A DNA stretch of 64,000 nt from Eledone cirrhosa (lineage: Eukaryota): contig OZ024742.1 of assembly GCA_964016885.1 (NCBI GenBank), positions 189,534,001 through 189,598,000 on the forward strand. Reading direction: 5' to 3'. A program made the translations under genes and the position numbers. Below are positions 54,322 through 64,000 of the stretch, piece by piece (the stretch's first letter is position 1; each line of letters starts with the position of its first letter). The notes under the pieces were generated by a model, which was given only the letters and a program-made list of their open reading frames with translations, searched no databases and was not told the DNA's origin.

Positions 54322-54881
54322 GGATGGTAGCAAAGAAATTGACCAAAAGATTTATGTCACCTTTCTCAGGGTGATACATTTATCAGTCATGTTTCTTTTC
54401 GCTACCATACATGGGTTATGGGATGAAATTTTTCTCATGATTAGGAAGTTTGTCTCACCTCCACCCGCTAATGTTTGAAATATATATTTAAAAAAATATA
54501 TTTTCTGTTCCTTTTATTTAAATTTGATATCGAATCTTACATTAAAGATGTCATGATAAATATGTAGTTATAAATAATTTGTGTTTATATGTCACTGTTA
54601 AATTTTGCAGAAATTTTAAGATTCTATAAAATGTTACTTCGTCTTCCAGTTACATGTATTTTTTTAAGCCATAAACCTGAGGACTTCTTTAGCTGTTTAT
54701 TTTTTTTTTATTTCCACTTGAAGACATTCTTCCGAATTGATTGTAAAGTTATATTCTACATATTTGAATTTGTATATATACCTACTACATTTCAATACAT
54801 TAATTACATATAAACAAAACATAGCATATATATATAAATATATAAATATAAAAATCTTATATACATATGAACATAGCACTA

Positions 54882-54936
<55 letters not shown>

Positions 54937-55189
54937 CATATATATATATACATATGATATAATATAATATGAATATGTGTATGGGTGCTTCTGTGTGTGT
55001 ATGTGAGAAAGAAAGATAAAAAGGGTAAGAATAAATGTATACAGACTCTACTTATATACACTAACTTCTTCCGAGCAGTCATTAAATCAAATGTACTTTA
55101 GGTGTTACTTTCTACATTATCGGGAAAGAAAAATGAATTGAATATGTTTTAGTCTTCTTAACATTCAAAATATAGTCACAATAGCTTTT

Positions 55190-55210
55190 GAAAACATCAT
55201 TGATGGACCT
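55190..55210 (+). promoter_or_regulatory. Candidate ECS for S5 codons 57473-57493 (GLLMMFL)
   Basis: gaaaacatcattgatggacct pairs with exon aggtctattaatgatgttttt at 21/21 positions (3 G.U wobbles). Confidence 0.75.
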
Positions 55211-55557
55211 TGAGAGGTGATTTACCTTCATCCTCTAAATATGACAAAATACAACCTAAACACTTTCACTTGCCCTTCCAGTCAGCTCCTCCCGCTTTGG
55301 TGCAAGAAAGACAAATGTATGACTTTATTACATTGAATACAATCATTAATCTAGCTTCACTTGAGTGGGAAGGTGTTCCTTATATATATATCTATATATA
55401 TATATATAAGGTCTGAAGATCACCAAATAGATTTAGAGATATATTATCTCCAATAAAGTAATCGGCATTCAGTATGAAACCAGTGGGTAATGTAGTGTAA
55501 TCTCATTACTTTGTAACCATACATTCATATATATATATATATATATAGGTATGTATG

Positions 55558-55589
<32 letters not shown>

Positions 55590-55643
55590 TATATATATAT
55601 ATATGTGTGTGCATATATATGTATATATATATATATGTATATA

Positions 55644-55695
<52 letters not shown>

Positions 55696-55723
55696 TGTGT
55701 GTATATATATGTATATATATACA

Positions 55724-55755
<32 letters not shown>

Positions 55756-56413
55756 GATAGATATAGATATAAACAGATAGATAGATACTAGTTAGTTGAA
55801 TTTTAATAGAAAACTTATTCTCACATACAACAATATTTTAACAATTATGTTAAACATACTTCACTTATTTTGCCTTAAAAAGTAGAAAGAACACAAAACA
55901 GAACTTGCATCTAACTTCTTAAAATATTAGATAATCCTGCAAGTATGAATGTTCACACTTTAGATCTACACATATACAACAAACTTATAGATCAAAATTT
56001 AGTATTCAGATACCCTAAATTTATATATATATTTTTTTTTGCAGTACAGCTTGAAAACTTGTGTATAAATGTTTTTATTATTGGTGTAACCATATATATA
56101 TTTTTCCTATCAATGGCTTTGCTTATATTCATATATATTGTTTATTTATTTTGGTTTGTTTGTTGTTGTTGTTATTAGTTGTTATTGATGTTGTTGTCAA
56201 ATTTGTTATCCCTGCTTCTGGTTCTCTCTCTTCCAGCTTTTTTATTAGTGATTTACTTCAAATTTTCAGACTTCTTTTTTTTCTTAAATATGCTTATTTC
56301 TATACATATTTATATATATATATACATATACATATATATACATGTGTGTATATATTTATGTATATGTATTTATATATTCCCATACATAGATATCTGCTAT
56401 TCTGTGGATTGTC

Positions 56414-56461
56414 AGCGTAACAGCTAGCACACCTCTTCATGTACAGCATCCACTACCAATA
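56414..56461 (+). promoter_or_regulatory. Candidate editing-complementary sequence (ECS) for S6 codons 57656-57700
   Basis: Intronic agcgtaacagctagcacacc-tctt-catgtacagcatccactaccaata pairs antiparallel with exon tgttggtagcgtatgttgtatatg-t-ggtgtgctagttattgcgct (about 41 pairs including G.U), with C56421 opposite A57693. Confidence 0.85.
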
Positions 56462-56505
56462 TTTAGTGGCTAAAGCTGGCTGCTATTTAAAAATATATAT
56501 CAAAA

Positions 56506-56521
56506 GCCGTCTCCTACTGTC
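56506..56521 (+). promoter_or_regulatory. Candidate ECS for selectivity-filter codons 57608-57623 (TVGYG)
   Basis: gccgtctcctactgtc pairs with exon gacggtaggatatggt at 15/16 positions (3 G.U, one U.C mismatch); collinear with the 56414-56461 block. Confidence 0.6.
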
Positions 56522-56545
56522 CCTTTGGATGACCCACAAATATTT

Positions 56546-56557
56546 ACTACTACTACT

Positions 56558-56604
<47 letters not shown>

Positions 56605-56730
56605 AACTACTACTACTACAACTACTACTACTGCTACTACTGCTACTACTACTACTACTACTACTACCATCAACAACACTACCTCTACCACTATAACTAC
56701 TATTGCCACTACTACTATTACTACCATCAT

Positions 56731-56772
<42 letters not shown>

Positions 56773-56820
56773 CATTATTACTACTACTACTACTTCTACT
56801 ACTATACTACTACTACTATC
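56546..56820. repeat. (ACT)n microsatellite
   Basis: Direct reading; lies between the candidate ECS cluster and the exon. Confidence 0.95.
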
Positions 56821-57047
56821 AACAGCATATTTTATATATATGCTACTTTGCTTTCAACTGTCTTTCTTCCGAAATTTTTTTCAATACTCCTTTACCCACT
56901 CCTTATCTTGTCAAAGTCATGCTTTGGTGTGAGTAACAACTTCCTATTATTTATTTAAGTCCCTAATCTAGGAGTATCTTTTAAGAGATCCGTTCGTTAA
57001 CCCTGTGTATTTTTTCAGCGTTACCAGAATTTGAAAACATTTTTCAG

Positions 57048-58124
57048 GTCTTGGCCATTGTGTCCATTCTCTTCATTGTCCTGTCTACCGTGGCGCTAAC
57101 ATTAAACACAATTCCTGGGCTCAAAGGTGAAGGAGAGCATGAAGGGGCTGATAACCCACAGCTTGCAATTGTAGAAGCTGTTTGCATTGGATGGTTTACC
57201 TTGGAATATCTGGGACGATTCTGGGCCTCCCCGAATAAGTGGAAGTTTTTCAAAGGACCTTTGAACATTATAGACCTATTGGCAATCATGCCTTATTTCA
57301 TTTCCCTAGGATTGACTGAGACCAACAAGAGTACGACGGAACAGTTCCAAAACGTCCGCAGAGTGGTGCAAATCTTTCGAATAATGAGAATTCTGCGAAT
57401 TCTAAAACTTGCAAGACATTCAACTGGTCTGCAATCCTTAGGGTACACTTTACAGAGAAGTTATAAAGAGCTAGGTCTATTAATGATGTTTTTGGCCATT
57501 GGAATACTCTTATTCTCAAGCCTTGCCTACTTTGCGGAAAAAGACGAACCAGGAACTAAGTACGTTAGTATCCCCGAAACATTCTGGTGGGCTGCCATCA
57601 CTATGACGACGGTAGGATATGGTGACATCTACCCGACGACGATCCTGGGAAAAGTTGTTGGTAGCGTATGTTGTATATGTGGTGTGCTAGTTATTGCGCT
57701 TCCAATTCCAATCATTGTCAATAATTTCGCCGAATTTTATAAAGATCAGATGAGAAGAGAGAAAGCATTAAAACGTAAGGAGGCTCTCGAGCGGGCGAAG
57801 AGGAATGGAAGCATAGTCTCCTTCCACTCCGTCAATCTGAGGGATGCCTTCGCCAAAAGTGTCGACCTGATGGATGTTGCCTCCGAAGTTCCTAGAAACG
57901 ACTGGGATACAAACAGCGTGGAGACGAAATCCATGAGTTCACCACCGCCTTGTGTGATGCGGGGATCCAACCCCAATACACCCAAGTTGAGTGGGCAAGG
58001 AGGAACGACAAACTTCAACTGCAAGGAGAATCAGGAGAACCCCAGCAACACCAACTTGTTGGATATAGATGAGGAGTCTTTGCATCGGATGACGACCCAA
58101 GCTTCAACTGATACATCAATGCAG
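57048..58124 (+). CDS. KCNB (Shab): Kv2/Shab channel exon encoding S1-S6, pore (TVGYGD) and proximal C-terminus
   Basis: Acceptor ttttcag|GTC at 57047/57048 joins in phase 0 to give AAR|[15 protein letters not shown]4 is [14 protein letters not shown], the pore is [13 protein letters not shown]6 has the Kv2-type PIP motif, followed by [14 protein letters not shown]. Donor CAG|GTGAGT at 58124/58125; 1077 nt = 359 codons. No further confident exon in the window. Confidence 0.97.
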
Positions 58125-58758
58125 GTGAGTGTTTTCAAATCTCTTTATATAATAATATTTTTATTTCCATTTCCATTTTGATTGTAATCTCAGAATAACG
58201 TGCAATTAATAATCTTTAAAAAATGTTTACTTAAATATATATTTATAGAAATTGTTATAAAATGTCTTCTGTCTTATTTAACACTCGGAATCTCATTCTC
58301 TGTTTTACTTTTTATGTTTGTTTGCTTTTGGCTTTTAATCTTTCCTCTTCTCCCCATCCCCACACACAATCTCTCTCCCCCTATCTCTCTACTTCTATGA
58401 CCCTTTCTCTCTAATTCTCTTTCATGCTTCTGCTTCATTTACTCCAATGTTTATCTGTCTTTTGCTACCTTCACTAATTGTTCATCCCTCTTTTTTACAA
58501 AAAATCTCTTCATTTCAATAATTTTTTTTCATTCACCATCTGTTAATTAAAAACATGTCTTCTAATTAATAATGCTTTAATTGCATTTGTCAAAAACCGA
58601 AAAAAAAAGCTTGTTCAAATTTACAAATTGATTTAACATTTAACTAATCATATTTCTTATATCTAACTTTCTCCATAAAAAATGTTACTTGCATTGCTTT
58701 CAGGGTGTTGCTATCTGTATATATTACTAATATACTGATTATAATAAACAGAAAAGTG

Positions 58759-58870
<112 letters not shown>

Positions 58871-59051
58871 ACATAAGTATATATATATGTATTATATATA
58901 TAAGTATATATATATATGTATTATATATATAAGTATATATATGTATTATATATATAAGTATATATATATATGTATTATATATATAAGTATATATATATTT
59001 ATTTATATATATAAGTATATATATATATATATATATGCATTTATATATATA

Positions 59052-59123
<72 letters not shown>

Positions 59124-60672
59124 CAAATATAAGTTTGTCATGTCAACAATGATGAGTACATTCTACTAACTCAAACAAAAGATTTGATGCATGCATATAT
59201 ATATATATCTTTCTCCTTCTTTCCTCTCTCTTTCTCTCTACCAAATATAAAGTTAACTCTATATCTGTCTCTCTCACTCTCTGCCTTTGTCTTTCTCTCT
59301 CACTCTCTGCCTTTGTCTTTCTCTCTCACTCTCTGCCTTTGTCTTTCTCTTTCTTTCTCGTTCTCTTTCTTTCTCTCTCTCTTTCTCTGCGTAATCAGTA
59401 GATCAGCCTGTCTCTTTCTCTATCAATGTATCATTTTTTTTTGCATATATAAATATTTTTCTTCTATATCTGCTTTACCTATCTACCCTGATATACATTA
59501 ATCAACTATCCTAATATAAATCCAATCTTCTAACTTACTATATAAACCACACTCACATACACACAAACACACACATGTGCAGGGTCTATAGAAACAGGCT
59601 CGGGGTTATATCTCACATAAAATTCCTCCCAGGAGCCCCGCATATGTACATATAAATTAGGATGCTCCTCTCAGTTGGAGCAAGAACAAGGATAATCAAT
59701 ATCCCAAATAAAATCTTTCAATACCACAAATATAGAGTTTTAGATATTTTTTCTTCATATCTATATATAAATTTGACTGATTTCCATCCGTCCGTCACAC
59801 AATGTGTGTGTGTGAGTTTGTGTGAAAATATGTGTATGTAAAAGGAAGGAAGGGAGTGGTGAAAAGATTATAGCAAAACAGTGGCTGGCGTTCCATTTGC
59901 TATGCTGTATGTGAGTGTGTGTGTGTTTGTTTGAATGTATGTGTATTTGTGTGAATGTATGTCTGTGAGTGTTTATTTTTGTGTGTCTGTGTTTGTGCAT
60001 TTATATTCGTTTATACACATATATATATAAATATGTGCATATGCACATACACACATATACATATATGCATCTGCATGTTAAAAAAAAACCTAGTGTTATT
60101 AAATTCTTCAGAACTTTTGAATCTGTAGAATACCATGAACAAAACAGATGTATAATTTTGTAACCTTATAAACTTATAAATACACACACACAAACACACA
60201 TACTTCACTATTGTATTTGTTTTGCTAGCTTCTTGATATAAAATCATGTATTGAAACAGATATTCTTATACTTTGGGTGGTCATGTTGCTAATAAAAACA
60301 CATGCACTGGTTGTGTTTCATTTCAGTTTCCATTAATATCAATTTATTAATACATCCATCACATGGTTAATCAACCATTTATCTAATTTTAAAAGTTTGT
60401 AACCTTAGCAATGACCTTTTGCTTTCTATGTCTCACTTGACTTCCAGTAGGCTGGCTGGCTATCAAGTTGAGACAGGGAGAAAACACATAGGGCAAAAAT
60501 CTTTGATACGGTCACAGAATGTGTAATGAAATAAATTTGATAATTAGGTAAGTCTATTAACCGAATGTTAATTAATCAACTGATTTATGGATTAATAAAC
60601 TGATTAATAATAAAAACTGGTGCACATGATTTTATTGGTAACAAGACCCTGCAAAAATATTATATATATATA

Positions 60673-61085
60673 TCATCATCATCATCATCATCATCTTCAC
60701 TGTTTAATGTTCAGTTTTCCATGCTGGCATGGGTTAGACGAATTATCCTGTTGTGAGCAATGCATCATCATCACAGTTTAACGTCCATTCTTCTATGCTG
60801 GCATGGGTTAGACGAGATATCCTGTTGTAAGCAATACTAGGTCAGGTGACCATGTCTTGCACATACAGAACCTATTTTGACTTGGTTTCTACAGCTGCAT
60901 GCCCTTCCAAGCACCAACCTCATTTACAGTGAATACTATGTGATTTTTGTCTTGGCGCCTACGCGACCACTTTATAGTGGGCGCTTTTTGGCGTGTCACC
61001 TACATGACCATATAACAGTGTGGACTGGGTGTTTTTTACTGTGACACCTACATGACCACATTATAGTGTGGACTGGGTGCTTTTA
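60673..61085 (-). mobile_element. SINE/RTE 3'-end fragments with (ATG)n tails
   Basis: catgctggcatgggttagac..ggtttctacagctg..gcccttcc, also seen at 29925-30105 and 26565-26760. Confidence 0.6.
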
Positions 61086-61565
61086 TATATATTTATATAT
61101 ATTTAAGATTAGTCAGTAATATGCATTGCATCTCAATGAATATATAAAATTTTGTTATAAGAATGTTTTGCCTCTAGGAATGCACTAGTGAGGTTTTTTT
61201 TATTTTAGTGTGCTTTACAGTGATCTGTCCTTTCCTCAATTCTGGGCCTTAATCAAAATGATTCTATATTTGTATTTATTTATATAATTAGTTACAACAG
61301 TCATATATAAAGATACTTAAGTTTCATTGATTTACACGCCCCAATTCAATCAGACTCTTATATAAAAAGAAAATGACTGTTTTAATGGTTGTTTTAAGGT
61401 TTGTTAGAAAATATAGCATGCGAAATTAGTTGGGGTGTATAACCCAACGAAAATTAAGTACCTGCATATGTCACTATTGTAACTAATTATACCTAACTTG
61501 TCCTATGGACTGAGTGCTCTTACCCTTGGATATTTCTCCTAAACTTATACTACAGTGTATATATG

Positions 61566-61646
<81 letters not shown>

Positions 61647-63784
61647 TTGGGGAAGTCATATTGTTGTAATAATATTGCCAGAAAAAAATAACACAACACA
61701 CTCACTGTTTGGTTGGTTTTCGCTTCTGTATCTTTTATATCTCCATAGTTAATTCATTTGGCCATCAATATATATCACTGACTGACCAACGGTCAAAATT
61801 ACAGATATAAATACATATATATATAGTCTAACAAAGTTCTTTCATTGCACATATGCAACATCATCAGTGGTACTATTATCATGTTTCCCCTGCTGTATTG
61901 TATGTATTGTAGTGTCTACGCCATTTTTATTTTATCTATTTATTTATTTATTTTTGTCCTCGCAAAAATATATATATATATATTATTATTATTGCTGTTG
62001 TTTTCTGGGTGATTAGGGAAAAGAAATATTAGTGGAAGAAAAGGTTCAACAAATAAAGCAGAGTAAAGTATTTGTTTTAAATATTGGCTAGGACTGTGAA
62101 GTTTCCCCAAGGAAAGCTTATTGGTGGAAAAGTATGAAGTGTTTCTATAGAAGTGATTGATGTTTGGTGTGAAATGGAGTAGGTTGAGGAATCTCAGCTG
62201 AAATTAGCATACATTAATGTGGGAGGGAGAATTCATATAAACGTATATAGGTAGCATAAAAGAATATGAAATTTACATACAATAATGTGAGATAATAAAG
62301 TGAGTTGTTATCATAAAAGGATTTTGAATAAGAGTGTTGAAGGATAGAGGAACAAACAAGGAGGAGAAGAGGGATGGGTTGATCTTATTTTTTCTTTAGA
62401 CTGTAGTCATGCTAGGGGACCACATTTAGTAGATTTAATTGATCATATCGACCCCAGTATTTATTGATTCAAGTATTTACGTATTTCATTGATCTCATTT
62501 TGCTGAATTTATGTTATTAGACTTAAACCGAGATGCAAGCATAAAGACATGCACACATACACATGCATACATACAAATATACACACACAGATACATTCAT
62601 ACACACATACATACACACACAGATACATTCATACACACATACATACACACATACACATACAGACACATATATGATAATATGATTACTGCAACTCAATTTT
62701 GAGTAATGCCATTACTTGATACTTAAGCATTAGCATCATGGACATGGATTTTTAGTCCTGCTATGGACTTGCCTATGGCCAGCAATACCATGCATCACAC
62801 AAAAATTATGTATCAAGTGGTGTCTATGCTTGAAGCTTTTTTAAGTGAGGAAAGGCTTGCACAGGGCCAATCCCACTCTCTGAACTTTGAATGCTTTTAT
62901 CCAAAAAATAGAACTGGTCTACATCATTGGATGCATACATACATACATGGTGGCTGCCAACTCGTTTTCGAGTACGGCCACTACTTTATATCCATGTAGG
63001 AGAACCCCTACCGATGCGCTGAACGAGTGTGACTTTTTAGTCCAGCCAGCGACTTAAAAACTCTGGTACAAACACTACACCTGTGACAATTATTGACACA
63101 TAGTGCTGGGCCCATACATACATACATACATACATACATACATGCAGAACTGATGAGAAATCTGCAGATACTCCACCCTGATTACACCTTCAGATTTATG
63201 CCTGTGATTATTGGGGCACTGGGATGTTAGTAACTGCCTCAATACAAATCTTGAGAAGCTGGGCTTCACAGGAACAGAAAGAACACAACTAGTTAGGAAA
63301 TTACAAGTACAATCCATTAATGGAACAGTAAAAATATGTAAAACATTCCAAAAATTTTGCATCTAATAACTGCATATACACATGTACAGATACAAAGCAT
63401 ATACACATGCACACATACAACTCAAAACATACACATGCATGCATGCAGACATGCATACATATCTACCTAGTTGATGTTGTGTAAATTCCAATGAGAGAGT
63501 CTTGTGTCTATGTTAGAAACCAACTCTCTCTCTATTGGTAAAACTTTGTGAAATTATAAAACCAGAAGAACATACATACATACATACATACATACATACA
63601 TACATACATACATACATACATGCATATATATATACAGTCACACAGCCATGCCTGTACTTGTGCTTGTTCAAAGAGAGATAATTCTTAATATTGCATCATT
63701 AGCATGGTAAATTCATAGTGTAAATTAACATGATGTAGTAAACTATATTGTATTAATTAACATTTAGTACATTATATTATAGTA

Positions 63785-63930
63785 AAGGTACATGGCTTAG
63801 TGGTTAGAGCAGTGGGCTTGCAATTGGTAAGTCGTGAGTTTGATTCTCAGACCGGGAGAAATATTGTCTTCTTGAGCAAGACACTTTTTTACCTGGTGCT
63901 CCAGTTTACTCAGCTGTAGAAATGAGTTGT
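63785..63930 (+). mobile_element. SINE family B head and core
   Basis: catggcttagtggttagagc...cttgagcaagacactt...gctccagtttactcagctgtagaaatgag. Confidence 0.8.
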
Positions 63931-64000
63931 GATATCACTGATGCCAAGTTGTATTGGCCATTGTCTTTTCCTTGGTCAACATCGGTACCATGATGGGGAT

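Larger units (their letters stand above)
11510..57047 (+). other. 45.5-kb GT-AG intron of the Kv2 gene
   Basis: GTAAGT donor and TTTTCAG acceptor; phase-0 junction reconstitutes contiguous Kv2 sequence between T1 and S1. Confidence 0.92.

Noticed and set aside
54600-55130. Further 8-11-nt complements to the S1-S6 exon (tttgcagaa, tttccacttg, tgtactttagg)
   Set aside because: Too short and wobble-rich to distinguish from background without computation.
56439-56936. Poly-Thr/Leu/Val ORFs upstream of the S1-S6 exon
   Set aside because: (ACT)n microsatellite; the T1 exon joins directly to 57048.
57011-57047. Alternative upstream acceptors (AG ending 57018 and 57027)
   Set aside because: They would add 29 or 20 nt and frameshift the channel.
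57044-58024. Antisense ORFs over the Kv2 exons (also 10233-10670 and 11075-11536)
   Set aside because: Shadows of the real coding frame with no recognisable domain.

Overview
AT-rich, microsatellite-dense eukaryotic DNA that looks like an octopus/coleoid genome (inferred from the (TA)n/(CA)n load and the tRNA-derived SINE families). The only host gene is a Kv2/Shab (KCNB) voltage-gated K+ channel on the + strand. A T1-domain exon (10435-11509) and an S1-S6 exon (57048-58124) are separated by a 45.5-kb phase-0 intron; the 5' and 3' ends of the gene are probably outside the window. Two things stand out. (1) The ~3 kb of intron upstream of the S1-S6 exon contains separate short blocks complementary to that exon. 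They tile the S5/pore/S6 codons, one places an A.C mismatch exactly on the S6 Ile codon known to be A-to-I recoded in Kv2 channels, and their order implies a long-range pseudoknot. This is a candidate ADAR editing scaffold. (2) (TA)n tracts host many Penelope-like-element (PLE) derivatives carrying minimal hammerhead ribozymes, often as fold-back inverted repeats (arms up to 782 bp), plus one 5'-truncated PLE with a GIY-YIG endonuclease remnant and its own hammerhead. SINEs, RTE LINE remnants, MITEs, a Helitron and minisatellites fill the rest. All pairings and alignments were read by eye; nothing was computed.
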